Shown here: positions 18,199 through 28,483 of the stretch, piece after piece
Position numbering within the stretch: the first letter of the stretch is position 1
How the letters are laid out: each line of letters starts with the position of its first letter
Assembly (NCBI GenBank): GCA_963714675.1
Contig: CAVQPG010000016.1
Location: 10,988 to 74,987 of the forward strand
Length of the DNA stretch: 64,000 nucleotides
Direction: 5' to 3'
Source: an uncultured Chloroflexia bacterium
GTDB lineage: Bacteria; Chloroflexota; Limnocylindria; Limnocylindrales; CSP1-4
Notes under the pieces: generated by a model
What the model was told of the DNA's origin: nothing
Database searches by the model: none
Seen by the model: the letters and a program-made list of their open reading frames with translations, nothing else
Position numbers and translations under genes: made by a program

Positions 18199-19590
18199 AT
18201 GAGCGTCTATCGGGTAGAGCTCGCGGAAACCGAGCTGCCCCTGTTCGGGCTCCCACAAGACCAGCCGACCATCCCACCTGCCATCTATGAAGCGCGGGTC
18301 GGCGCGCTTGAGGCACGCTATCTCTCGGACGGGTTCGATGCCTTCCTGGTCTACGCCGACCGTGAGCACTTCGCCAACATGGCCTACCTCACCGGCTACG
18401 ACCCGCGGTTCGAGGAGGCGTTGCTGGTCTTGCGCCCCGGGCGGACGCCGGTGCTACTCGTGGGCAACGAAGGTCTCGCCTACGCGTCGGTCTGTCCAGT
18501 GCCCGTGGACGTCGTGCTCTGCCAGACGCTCAGTCTCGTGGATCAGCCCCGTGATTCGAGCCCTCCGCTCGCAGATATCCTGGCCGGGACCGGGCTGGAC
18601 GAGGGCATGCGCCTCGGCGTCGCTGGTTGGAAGTACTTCTCAGCACTCGACTCGCCTCGACCGAGCGAGTGGCTCGAGATTCCCAGCTTCATCGTCGATA
18701 GCCTCCGCCAACTGGGTTTGGTGCTGCAGAACGCGAACGACATCCTGATGCACCCCGACGGTGGACTGCGGGTCGTGAACGACGTCCACCAACTCGCTGC
18801 CTTCGAGTACTCGGCTGCGTACGCGTCACAGGGCGTGCGGGACGTGGTGTTCGGCCTTCGAGAGCAGATGACCGAGTACGACGCATGCGCTCTCGCCGGC
18901 ATGCGTGGCATGCCTGTCGGCTTTCATCCTTTGCTGCTGAGCGGTGAGCGGACAAGCCTCGGCTTAGGCAGTCCTTCGACTCGGCGTATCTCGCTTGGCG
19001 ATCCGATCGTGACCGCCATCGGCTACTGGGGCAGCAACACCGCTCGCGCCGGGTTCGTGGCACGGAGCGAGGCGGACCTGCCGGAGTCGATTCCGGACTA
19101 CGTGGATCGGCTGGTCGTGCCATATTTCCGGGCGGCCGTGGCGTGGTACGAGACAGTCGGCATCGGTGTGACCGGAGGTGAGCTCTATGCGGCCGCGATG
19201 GAGCACATCGGCGACCCGTTCTTCGGTGTCACACTCAATCCCGGCCACCTCATCCACCTCGAGGAGTGGCTCAGTTCACCGGTGTGGCCAGCATCGACGA
19301 TTCCCCTTGTGTCAGGTATGTACTGGCAGGTCGACATGATCCCCGCGACCGGCAGTGCGTACTTCACCACGAACATCGAAGACGGCATCGCCTTGGCTGA
19401 CTCGGCGCTGCGCGCCGAAATCGCAGTTTCGTATCCCGATGTGTGGTCACGGATCGAGGCACGCCGCCTGTTCATGCTCGATGTCCTCGGCATCCGGCTG
19501 AGACCCGAGGTCCTGCCCTTCTCGAATATGCCCGCCTACCTTCCTCCGTTCTGGCTATCCCCGAGCCGTGCCATGCGAGTGATCCGATGA
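18199..19590 (+). CDS. creatinase/prolidase-fold (M24-like) protein, function unknown
   Basis: The real gene starts at ATG 18199 (MSVYRVELAETELPLFGL...). The 5' part of ORF 17641..19590 is read-through from the permease region. An N-terminal creatinase-like segment (FDAFLVYADREHFANMAYLTGYDPRFEEALLVL) is followed by a pita-bread-like C-terminal half. The assignment is moderate. Confidence 0.5.
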   Translation: MSVYRVELAETELPLFGLPQDQPTIPPAIYEARVGALEARYLSDGFDAFLVYADREHFANMAYLTGYDPRFEEALLVLRPGRTPVLLVGNEGLAYASVCPVPVDVVLCQTLSLVDQPRDSSPPLADILAGTGLDEGMRLGVAGWKYFSALDSPRPSEWLEIPSFIVDSLRQLGLVLQNANDILMHPDGGLRVVNDVHQLAAFEYSAAYASQGVRDVVFGLREQMTEYDACALAGMRGMPVGFHPLLLSGERTSLGLGSPSTRRISLGDPIVTAIGYWGSNTARAGFVARSEADLPESIPDYVDRLVVPYFRAAVAWYETVGIGVTGGELYAAAMEHIGDPFFGVTLNPGHLIHLEEWLSSPVWPASTIPLVSGMYWQVDMIPATGSAYFTTNIEDGIALADSALRAEIAVSYPDVWSRIEARRLFMLDVLGIRLRPEVLPFSNMPAYLPPFWLSPSRAMRVIR

Positions 19591-19699
19591 GGACTTCGCC
19601 TTCTGATCGTGCCGACTCAAGACTCCGAGCCCTCCTTGCGATGCTCGCCCCGGTCAGTGAGCGCCGTCGCAGGATCAGATTCACCGAAGGGAGCATCAA

Positions 19700-20732
19700 G
19701 TGAACTCGATCGAGCGTGTCGCCGCGGCCATCGAACTGCGGACTCCTGACCGGGTCCCTGTCGACCTGCACAACTTCCTGCCGGCAGCCCAGGCATTCGG
19801 GCGGCCGTTCACCGAGACCTTCCGGGATGGGGAGCTGCTCGCACAGGCGATGCTCGACGCGTGGCGGGAGTTCGGCCACGACATGATCCTGCTGGAGAAC
19901 GGGACCGGCTGCAACGCCGAAGCCTGTGGGGCTGATGTCAGCTACCGCGACGATGCCTCGCCCGTGGCCGAGAAGCCGCTCATCACGTCGCTTGCCCAGG
20001 TCGCGAATCTGCATCGTGCCGGACCCCGAGACGACCTTCCCGCAGAACGAGATCCTGAAGGCCACGAGGATCCTGTCGAAGGAGATCGGGGACCAGGCCT
20101 GGATCGTCGCCCGCGCGGACCAGGGACCCTTCGACCTGGCCGCCCAGCTCTTCGGGATGCAGAACCTGATGATGGCCATGGCCATGGGCGAGACTGACGG
20201 CGTCAACGCCCTGCTCTCGTACTGTCGCGAGGTCACGACCCGCTACGCCTATGCGCTGCTCGATGCCGGCGGGCGCTCGACATCCATCGGTGAGCCGGTC
20301 TCGGGGCCGGGGCTGATCTCTCCACGCGACTACCAACGCTTTGCCATGCCGCAGCAGCGCCAGCTCGTTGAGGACGTCACCGCTCACGGTGGAATCGTGG
20401 CCAACCACATCTGCGGCGACACCATCCCGATCTTCGAGGACTTCATGGCGACGGGCGCCCAGATCCTGGAGATCGACCACGTCACCGACAGGCAGAAGGC
20501 CAAGGACTTGTCTCGCGGCAAGACCTGCCTGCTCGGTACGCTCGACACCAATACCATCACGCTCGGAACGCCCGGCGAGGTCGAGGACGAGGTGCGGGAG
20601 GCGATCGACATCCTGGCCCCGGACAGTGGCTTCATCATCGGTCCCGGCTGCGCCCTGGGTCCCGAGACACCCGCGGACAACGTCCATGCGCTGATCGAAG
20701 CGACACACAAGTACGGCGCATATCCACTCTGA
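19700..20732 (+). pseudogene. URO-D-family (MtaA/CmuA-type) methyltransferase, frame broken once
   Basis: ORF 19700..20197 (MNSIERVAAAIELRTPDRVPVDLH..) continues in ORF 19926..20732, with the switch at about 20012. It has both parts of the MtaA-type zinc motif, H-I-C-G (ANHICGD) and a downstream GPGC. Confidence 0.8.
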
Positions 20733-20789
20733 TCGAGTGCGGGTTTGCGAGAGATAGAGACACAGCGAGACTGAGGAGATGTCCCTGGC

Positions 20790-21452
20790 ATGACGACGAC
20801 CGACCAGTCGACCCTCATCGCGACCCTCCGGAAGGTGGCCTACAGCGCCGTCATCTCCGACTGTTGCGACCAGATCGGTCTGCGAAACCAGACCATGGCA
20901 GCAGGCATCGTGCCCCTGTCGGGTAGCGCCGAGGTCCTGGTCGGGTTCGCCCGACCGGTCATGAGCGTGGCCGTCGACGCCATCCCGGACCAACCGTATC
21001 GGGCGGAGATCGACTTCATCGACTCACTGCGCCCGGACGATGTCGTAGTCGGGACGGTCGAAGCCCCGAGTGCCTTCTGGGGCGAGCTGTTCTCCACAGC
21101 TGCCCGTGCCCGTGGCGCTGTCGGCGTCGTAGTCGATGGTCTCGTGCGGGACCAGGCTCGGATCCGGGAGCTCGGCTTCCCGGTCTACGCACGGGGCGCC
21201 CGGCCCACGGACAGCCTGGGGCGCATCTCCATCAAGGAGCGTGACACCACCATCGAGGTGGCCGGCGTCAGCGTCGCGACCGGCGACCTTGTGGTCGCTG
21301 ACGAAGATGGTGTGGCGGTGGTGCCGAAGGAAGCGATCGAAGAGGTCGCCACCCGCGCGATCGAGAAGGCGACCACGGAGAACCGAGCCCGACAGATGCT
21401 CGAGGATGGTGCGCTCCTGCGCGACGCGTGGGACCGCTTCAAGGTGTTGTGA
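20790..21452 (+). CDS. RraA-family protein (HMG/CHA-aldolase / oxaloacetate-decarboxylase-like)
   Basis: 220 aa with the typical GELFSTAARARGAVGVVVDGLVRD block. Intact. Confidence 0.8.
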   Translation: MTTTDQSTLIATLRKVAYSAVISDCCDQIGLRNQTMAAGIVPLSGSAEVLVGFARPVMSVAVDAIPDQPYRAEIDFIDSLRPDDVVVGTVEAPSAFWGELFSTAARARGAVGVVVDGLVRDQARIRELGFPVYARGARPTDSLGRISIKERDTTIEVAGVSVATGDLVVADEDGVAVVPKEAIEEVATRAIEKATTENRARQMLEDGALLRDAWDRFKVL

Positions 21453-22329
21453 CCGACCTCGCCGGCATCTACGCCCCCATCTGCACGCCCTTCGATCCAC
21501 GCGAAGAGCTCGACCTCGGAGGACTGCGTGCGAACCTCGCCCGCTACGCCGAGGCGGGCATCCATGGCCTGCTCGCGCTCGGCAGCAATGGTGAGAACCG
21601 CAGCCTCGACGAGGCCGAGCGCCTCGAGGTGCTGGACACGGTCGTTCGCCACAGGGGCGACGGCCAGGTCGTCATGGCCGGTGCGACGTACGACGCCCAG
21701 CGTCCGGCGGAGCGCTTCCTGGCCGCCGCCGCTGACCTCGGCGCCGACTGCGTCCTCGTCCTCGCTCCCGGCTACCACCGCAAGCAGATGACTGAGGACG
21801 TGCTCTATCGCTACTTCTCGACGCTCGCGGACGGATCTCCGCTCCCGATCGTGGTCTACAACGCTCCGGGCTTCAACGGCATCGTGCTCACGCCCGAGCT
21901 GGTCGGCAGGCTCTCCGAGCACGACAACATCATCGGCATGAAGGACAGCGCGTCGGACGGCATCGAGGCGTTCCTGGCGCTGCAGAGCGCGAGCTTCGCG
22001 GTGCTCGCGGGGTCTGCCAACTTCCTGTTCCGGGCCATGCTCGAAGGGTCGCCGGGCGGCACGGTGTCGCTGGCCAACTCGTTCCCGGCACTAGCGCTGC
22101 GACTGTACGAGCTGGGCCTGGCGCGCGAGACCGTGGAGGGGCCGGCCTACCAGGAGCGGGTGACCCGCATCAACCGCGCCATCTCGGGTGCCCACGGCGT
22201 GGCCGGCGTCAAGGCTGCCATGGACCTGGCCGGCTACGTGGGCGGGATCCTCGCCGGCCGTTGCTGCCACTCGGGGACGATGATCGCCACCGCCTGCAGG
22301 CCGCCCTGGAGGAAGAGGGGCTCCTCTGA
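21449..22329 (+). pseudogene. DHDPS/NAL-family (class I, Schiff-base) aldolase or dehydratase, frame broken near the 3' end
   Basis: The GTG start overlaps the rraA-like stop (GTGA). Motifs: GSNGE and the Schiff-base lysine context IIGMKDS. After ..LAGYVGG the native tail (..PLLPLGDDD..LEEEGLL-stop at 22327-22329) is in another frame, with the switch at about 22255. Confidence 0.75.
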
Positions 22330-23693
22330 TGGGCGCGGACATCCTGGCCCTGGACGTCGGCACTTCCGGGCTCAAGGCCGGTGTCTTCGGGCCCGACCTC
22401 GACGAGCGCGCGGTCGTCAGCCGAAGCTACGAGATCCGCGTCTCAGCCGATGGCGAGGCAGACGTGTCGCCAGAGGCGTGGTGGGCCGCCATCGTCGATG
22501 CTTGCGCCGAGCTCTACCGGCATCTCGATGATGTCGGCGTCATCTCGTTGTCGGTGACCACGCCGGGACTCACCCCCATGGCCGCCGACGGCCGACCGCT
22601 CGGGCCGGCCATCCTCATGCTCGACGGTCGTGCTCATGAGCAGGCGGCAGCTATCCGCGAGGCCGTCGGCGAGGAGCGTTTCCTCGCAGAGGCCTGCAAC
22701 CTGCCCGTGTCGGGCGGCTCCTCGCTCGCGAGCATCCTCTGGATCCGCGACCACCAGCCCGAGGTCTGGGATGCGGCCGCGATGTTCGGCCACACCAACA
22801 CCTACGTGGCCAAGCGCCTCACCGGCGAGTGGGCCATCGACCCCTCGACGACATCGATCACCGGTCTGTACGCCACCGCCCGCAACGACCTTTCCTGGAA
22901 CGATGACGTATTGGCGGCTGCCGGTATCGAACCGAGCCGACTGCCGAGGCTGATGCAGTCCTTCGATCCGGTCGGGCAGGTCCTTGCGAGCGCCGCCGAG
23001 GAGTTGGGAGTGCCCCGCGATGCCGTGGTCTTGTGTGGCGGCAATGACGCCTCGCTGGCAGCCTGGTCGGGCGGCCTGACCGAGCCCGGCGACGCCAACA
23101 TCATCAGCGGCACGACTGACATCGCCAACGTCTGCACGGACCGGCCGGTCGCATCACGCGACTTCAACGTCCGCGCCCATGTGTTGCCCGGTCGCTGGCT
23201 GACGTTCTTCGTGCTCAACACCGGCGGCGCGGCCCTGGACTGGTTCTGGCGATCGTTCTGTCGCGAGATGAGCGCGGATGACTTCTATGGCGACTACCTG
23301 CCCGCGACACTGACATCCTTCCTGGCTGACGCCCACCTGGGCGCGCGAGATGACGGGCTGCCTCGATACATCCCCTATCTCTCGGGGAGCCGCTATGCCG
23401 TGGAGCCGCAGACCGCGTCGTACTCCGGCATCAGCCTGGGCACTTCCCGAGACGACCTGCTGCTGGGCATGGTCAAGGGCAATCTGCGCTACCTCGGCGA
23501 TCATCTTGCGCACGTGCAGACGTTGATCCGGGTGAACCAGCGGGTCGGGATCTCCGGAGGAGCAGCCCGGATAGAAGGCATGCTCGCCGCGCGCCGCCGC
23601 TGGACAGGCGACTTCGACTATTCCTTCCAGGACCAGTCGTCGCTCCTGGGCGCGGCCATGCTCGGGCGTGTCTATCAAGGCGGCGCGATGTGA
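22329..23693 (+). CDS. FGGY-family carbohydrate kinase (copy 1)
   Basis: 454 aa with the N-terminal LALDVGTSGLKAGVF motif. Intact. The start overlaps the upstream stop (TGATG). Confidence 0.85.
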   Translation: MGADILALDVGTSGLKAGVFGPDLDERAVVSRSYEIRVSADGEADVSPEAWWAAIVDACAELYRHLDDVGVISLSVTTPGLTPMAADGRPLGPAILMLDGRAHEQAAAIREAVGEERFLAEACNLPVSGGSSLASILWIRDHQPEVWDAAAMFGHTNTYVAKRLTGEWAIDPSTTSITGLYATARNDLSWNDDVLAAAGIEPSRLPRLMQSFDPVGQVLASAAEELGVPRDAVVLCGGNDASLAAWSGGLTEPGDANIISGTTDIANVCTDRPVASRDFNVRAHVLPGRWLTFFVLNTGGAALDWFWRSFCREMSADDFYGDYLPATLTSFLADAHLGARDDGLPRYIPYLSGSRYAVEPQTASYSGISLGTSRDDLLLGMVKGNLRYLGDHLAHVQTLIRVNQRVGISGGAARIEGMLAARRRWTGDFDYSFQDQSSLLGAAMLGRVYQGGAM

Positions 23694-23718
23694 GCGACGA
23701 GAGGAGCGACTGAGACCG

Positions 23719-24564
23719 ATGGCAGCGACGAGAACGATGGTGGCCGAGGCCATGCAGAACGGCTATGCCGTGCCCGCGATCAACATCGTCAACCAGTTGA
23801 CGATGGAGGCGGTGCTGGCCGCGGCGCAGGAGCTGCGCAGCCCGATGATCGTGCAGACCTCCGTCAAGACCGTCCGCTCCCTCGGGCTCCCGATCCTGAA
23901 GGCCATGTGGGACTCGACCTCCGCAACGGTCGACGTCCCCGTCGCGCTCCACCTCGACCACTGCCCAGACCGAGAGGTCATCAGCGCCTGCCTCGCCGCT
24001 GGCTGGGACTCGGTGCTCTTCGACGCCCACGAGCTGTCGGTCGAGGAGAACGAGCGCCAGTGCATCGAGGTCGTGGCCGAGGCACGACGGTACGGCGCGG
24101 ACGTCGAGGGTGAGATCGAGGGCATCACCGGCGTCGAGGACGGCATCGGCAGCGATGATGAGGGTCCTACCCAGGCGCTCGACGTCGCAGTCGGCTTCAT
24201 CGAGCGCACGGGTGTCGACATCTTCGCGCCCGCCATCGGCAATGCCCACGGGATGTACGCGGCCCGCCCTCGACTCGACCATCAACGCATCAGCGACCTC
24301 GTCGAGGCCAGCGGGATCCCCATGGCCCTGCACGGCGGCACCGGGCTCTCCCCCGACCAGTTCAGCGATCTCATCGCCCGAGGCTGCGCCAAGGTCAACG
24401 TCTCGACGGCCTTGAAGATCGCCTTCATGGAAGCCAACCGCGCCTATCTGGCCGAGCACCCTGACGCTGCCGACCCGCCGGCGCTCTTCGCCCACGTGCG
24501 CGAGGCGGTGATGGAGATGGCCCGTACCCACATCCGCCTCTTCGGCGCCGTGGGCAAGGCATGA
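23719..24564 (+). CDS. class II ketose-bisphosphate aldolase (FBA/tagatose-bisphosphate aldolase family, copy 1)
   Basis: ATG 23719 follows GAGGAG. Motifs: YAVPAINIVNQ, LHLDHC, HGGTG. 281 aa, intact. Confidence 0.85.
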   Translation: MAATRTMVAEAMQNGYAVPAINIVNQLTMEAVLAAAQELRSPMIVQTSVKTVRSLGLPILKAMWDSTSATVDVPVALHLDHCPDREVISACLAAGWDSVLFDAHELSVEENERQCIEVVAEARRYGADVEGEIEGITGVEDGIGSDDEGPTQALDVAVGFIERTGVDIFAPAIGNAHGMYAARPRLDHQRISDLVEASGIPMALHGGTGLSPDQFSDLIARGCAKVNVSTALKIAFMEANRAYLAEHPDAADPPALFAHVREAVMEMARTHIRLFGAVGKA

Positions 24565-25481
24565 CCGCGCTCATCTTCGACTGCGACGGGGTCCTCGCCG
24601 ACACGGAACGATACGGACATCTGCCAGCGTTCAACCAGACGTTCGCCGAGTTCGGGCTGCCGGTGCGCTGGTCGGAGGAGGACTACGCGGTGGCCCTGCG
24701 CATCGGCGGCGGCAAGGAGCGCATGGCCTCGCTGCTCACGCCCGCGTTCGTGGCCGAGGCCGGCCTGCCCACCGACCCCGAGGGCCAGGCAGCGGCGGTC
24801 GCGAAGTGGCACGGGCGCAAGACCGAGCTGTACGTCGACATGGTGCGAGCCGGAGCCCTGCCGGCGCGGCCGGGCATCGCGCGCATCGTGGCTGAGTCGC
24901 GTGCGGCCGGCTGGCAGCTGGCGGTGTGCTCGACCTCGGCCGAGCCGTCGGTGCGGGCCATCCTCGAGGACGCGGTCGGTGCCGAGGCCGCCGCTGCCTT
25001 CCTCGTGCTGGCCGGCGATGTCGTGCCCCGCAAGAAGCCGGCGCCCGACATCTACCTGTTGGCACTCGAGCGGCTCGGTGTCGCGCCGGCCGAGTGCATC
25101 GTGATCGAGGACTCGCGCAATGGCTTGCTCGCGGCGGTCGCCGCCGGCCTCACGACCGTGGTGACGGTCAACGGCTATACCCGCGACGAGGGCTTCAGCG
25201 AGGCAGCACTGGTGGTCTCGTCGCTGGGCGATCCCGAGAGCGAGCCCATCGAGGTCCTCGCGGACCGGGCCGATGTGCGGCCGGGCATGCATGCTCGGAT
25301 AGACGAGGACGCGACGCCAGAGCTTCTTGGCGAGCGTCTGGTCAGGGCGTGGATCGACCGAGCAGATCACCGATCCGTGGCTGGCCGAGGGTTTCGCGAC
25401 CTGGCTCTCGACCCTCGCTCTCGCCGATATGACCTGCGGGGACGCCACGGATCATCCAGGACCCGACGCTCCCGACCTTGA
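24561..25481 (+). CDS. HAD-superfamily phosphatase (CbbY-like, copy 1) with a chimeric 3' end
   Basis: It has the DxDG motif (FDCDGVLADTE) and an intact core up to ..ADRADVRPG. Beyond 25285 the ORF runs into duplication-junction DNA, so the last ~65 codons are not homologous to the native tail seen in copy 2. Confidence 0.75.
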   Translation: MTALIFDCDGVLADTERYGHLPAFNQTFAEFGLPVRWSEEDYAVALRIGGGKERMASLLTPAFVAEAGLPTDPEGQAAAVAKWHGRKTELYVDMVRAGALPARPGIARIVAESRAAGWQLAVCSTSAEPSVRAILEDAVGAEAAAAFLVLAGDVVPRKKPAPDIYLLALERLGVAPAECIVIEDSRNGLLAAVAAGLTTVVTVNGYTRDEGFSEAALVVSSLGDPESEPIEVLADRADVRPGMHARIDEDATPELLGERLVRAWIDRADHRSVAGRGFRDLALDPRSRRYDLRGRHGSSRTRRSRP

Positions 25482-25805
25482 CGCCTGGATCGAGCGGGAG
25501 CGCAGAGGCCATGCCGCTCGTGGACTGGCAGTGGGTCACGGCCTGCCGACTCGTGGAGGCCGGTGCGGCTGTCATCGGCGACGAGGCCATGGTCGAGCTC
25601 ATCGCGGACCTCATCGACGCCCCTGTGCCGGTGGGTACGAGCCATTGGCTCGCGGGTACTCTCACGTGACATGTCCGACGGCCTCGACTCGCTCGTGGCA
25701 GCCCTTGACGCGGCGAGAGTCGATCACTAGGTGGCCGTTCGGCGCGACGGCAGCTGATCCTGCGGGGCCCCGGACCCGGCGGATTCACTGCGCCCGGACG
25801 ATGTC

Positions 25806-26213
25806 GTGGTCGGGACCGTCGAAGCCCCGAGTGCCTTCTGGGGCGAGCTGTTCTCGACGGCTGCCCGCGCCCGTGGCGCGGTCGGTGTCGTAGTCGACGG
25901 TCTCGTGCGGGACCAGGCTCGGATCAGGGAGCTCGGCTTCCCGGTCTACGCACGGGGCGCCCGGCCCACCGACAGCCTGGGGCGCATCTCCATCAAGGAG
26001 CGTGACACCACCATCGAGGTCGCCGGCGTCAGCGTCGCCACCGGCGACCTTGTGGTCGCCGACCTGGACGGCGTGGCGGTGGTGCCGAAGGAAGCGATCG
26101 AGGAGGTCGCCACGCGCGCGATCGAGAAGGCGACCACGGAGAACCGAGCCCGACAGATGCTCGAGGATGGTGCGTTCCTGCGCGACGCGTGGGACCGCTT
26201 CAAGGTGTTGTGA
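25806..26213 (+). pseudogene. 5'-truncated RraA-family gene (copy 2)
   Basis: The 135-aa ORF corresponds to residues ~86-220 of 20790..21452 (VGTVEAPSAFWGELFSTAARARG...). The N-terminal third is missing at the duplication boundary. Confidence 0.8.
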
Positions 26214-27093
26214 CCGACCTCGCCGGCATCTTCGCTCCCATCTGCACACCGTTCGACTCGAGGGAAGAGCTCGACCTTGGCGGCATGCGTGCGAACCTCG
26301 CCCGCTACGCCGAGGCGGGCATCCACGGTCTGCTCGCGCTTGGCAGCAATGGTGAGAACCGCAGCCTCGACGAGGCCGAGCGCCTCGAGGTGTTGGACAC
26401 GGTCGTTCGCCACAGGGGCGTCGGTCAGGTCGTCATGGCCGGTGCGACGTACGACGCTCAGCGTCCGGCGGAGCGCTTCCTGGCCGCCGCCGCTGACCTC
26501 GGCGCCGACTGCGCCCTCGTCCTCGCTCCTGGCTATCACCGCACGCAGATGACCGAGGACGTCCTCTATCGCTACTTCTCGACGCTCGCGGACGGATCTC
26601 CGCTGCCGATCCTGGTCTACAACGCCCCGGGCTTCAACGGCATCGTGCTCACGCCCGAGCTGGTCGGCCGGCTCGCCGGGCACGACAACATCATCGGCAT
26701 GAAGGACAGCGCATCGGCGGGCATCGAGGCGTTCCTGCCGCTACAGGACGCGAACTTCGCGGTGCTCGCCGGTTCGGCCAACTTCCTGTTCCGGGCCATG
26801 CTCGAAGGGTCGCCGGGCGGCACGGTGTCGCTGGCTGACTCGTTCCCGGCAGTGGCGCTGCGACTGTACGAGCTGGGCCTGGCTCGTGACGACCGTGGAT
26901 GGGCCTGCGTATCAAGAGCGGGTGTCCCGCATCAACCGCGCCATCTCGGGTGCCCACGGCGTGGCTGGCGTCAAGGCTGCCATGGACCTGGCTGGCTACG
27001 TGGGCGGCGATCCCTCGCCGGCCCCTACTGCCACTTGGGGAGGATGAACGCGATCGGTTGCGGGCCGCGTTGGAAGAAGAGGGGCTCCTGCTG
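26210..27093 (+). pseudogene. DHDPS/NAL-family protein (copy 2), about two frame breaks and no separate stop before the kinase ATG
   Basis: GTGA overlap as in copy 1. Frame switches are near 26890 and 26995. The tail ..PLLPLGEDERDRLRAALEEEGLLL runs in frame into MGADILALDV of the kinase (ORF 26899..28458). Confidence 0.7.
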
Positions 27094-28458
27094 ATGGGTG
27101 CGGACATCCTGGCGCTGGACGTCGGCACTTCCGGGCTCAAGGCCGGTGTCTTCGGGCCCGACCTCGACGAGCGCGTGGTCGTCAGCCGAAGCTACGAGAT
27201 CCGCGTGTCGGCCGACGGCGGGGCGGATGTGTCACCTGAGGCGTGGTGGGCCGCTATCGTCGATGCCTGCGCCGAGATCCGTCCGCATCTCGACGACGTC
27301 AACGTCATCGCCCTGTCGGTGACCACGCCCGGACTGACGCCGATGGCTGCCGACGGTCGAGCCCTCGGGCCGGCCATCCTGATGCTCGATGGTCGCGCCC
27401 ATGAGCAGGCGGCACGCATCCGGGCGGCCGTGGGCGAGGAGCGCTTCCTCGCGGAGGCCTGCAACCTGCCCGTGTCTGGCGGCTCCTCGCTCGCGAGCAT
27501 CCTCTGGATCCGCGACCACCAGCCCGAGGTCTGGGCTGCGGCCGCGATGTTCGGGCACACCAACACGTACGTGGCCAAGCGTCTCACCGGCGAGTGGGCC
27601 ATCGACCCCTCGACGACATCGATCACCGGTCTGTATGCCACCGCCCGCAACGACCTCTCATGGAACGACGACGTACTGGATGCCGCCGGTATCGAAGCGA
27701 GCCGACTGCCGAGGCTGATGCAGTCATTCGATCCGGTCGGGCAGATCCTCGCGGGCGCCGCCGAGGAGCTGGGCGTGCCCCCGGATGCCGTGGTCCTGTG
27801 CGGCGGCAACGACGCCTCGCTGGCGGCCTGGTCGGGCGGCCTGACCGAGCCCGGCGACGCCAACATCATCAGCGGCACCACGGACATCGCCAACGTCTGC
27901 ACCGATCGGCCGGTCGCGTCGCGCGACTTCAACGTCCGCGCTCATGTCTTGCCCGGCCGCTGGCTCACGTTCTTCGTGCTCAACACCGGCGGCGCGGCCC
28001 TCGACTGGTTCTGGCGGTCGTTCTGTCGCGAGATGAGCGCCGATGACTTCTATGGCGACTACCTGCCCACGACCCTGGCTTCCTTCCTGGACGACCCTGA
28101 CCTGGACGTGCGAGATGCCGGGCTACCCCGCTACGTCCCGTACCTGTCGGGGAGTCGCTATGCCGTGGAGCCGCTGACAGCGTCGTTCTCCGGCATCAGC
28201 CTGGGCACCTCCCGAGACGACCTGCTGCTCGGATTGGTCCGAGGCAATCTGCGCTATCTCGGCGAACATCTGGAGCACGTGCAGACGTTGATCGAGGTGA
28301 ACCACCGGGTCGGGATCAGCGGGGGAGCGGCCCGGATCGAGGGCATGCTCGCCGCGCGCCGCCGCTGGACGGGCGACTTCGACTACGTCTTCCAGGACCA
28401 GTCGTCGCTCCTGGGCGCGGCCATGCTCGGGCGCGTCTATCAAGACGGCGCAACGTAG
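27094..28458 (+). CDS. FGGY-family carbohydrate kinase (copy 2)
   Basis: ATG 27094. 454 aa, colinear with copy 1, intact. Confidence 0.85.
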   Translation: MGADILALDVGTSGLKAGVFGPDLDERVVVSRSYEIRVSADGGADVSPEAWWAAIVDACAEIRPHLDDVNVIALSVTTPGLTPMAADGRALGPAILMLDGRAHEQAARIRAAVGEERFLAEACNLPVSGGSSLASILWIRDHQPEVWAAAAMFGHTNTYVAKRLTGEWAIDPSTTSITGLYATARNDLSWNDDVLDAAGIEASRLPRLMQSFDPVGQILAGAAEELGVPPDAVVLCGGNDASLAAWSGGLTEPGDANIISGTTDIANVCTDRPVASRDFNVRAHVLPGRWLTFFVLNTGGAALDWFWRSFCREMSADDFYGDYLPTTLASFLDDPDLDVRDAGLPRYVPYLSGSRYAVEPLTASFSGISLGTSRDDLLLGLVRGNLRYLGEHLEHVQTLIEVNHRVGISGGAARIEGMLAARRRWTGDFDYVFQDQSSLLGAAMLGRVYQDGAT

Positions 28459-28483
28459 GTAGCACGAGGAGCGACCGAGACCG

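Larger units (their letters stand above)
21022..25285. repeat. tandem duplication, unit 1 (3' two-thirds of rraA-like, DHDPS-like, FGGY kinase, aldolase, HAD)
   Basis: Colinear with 25783-30052 at an offset of 4761-4765 nt. Encoded kinases are about 92% identical by eye. Boundaries were read from where the alignment decays. Confidence 0.85.
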
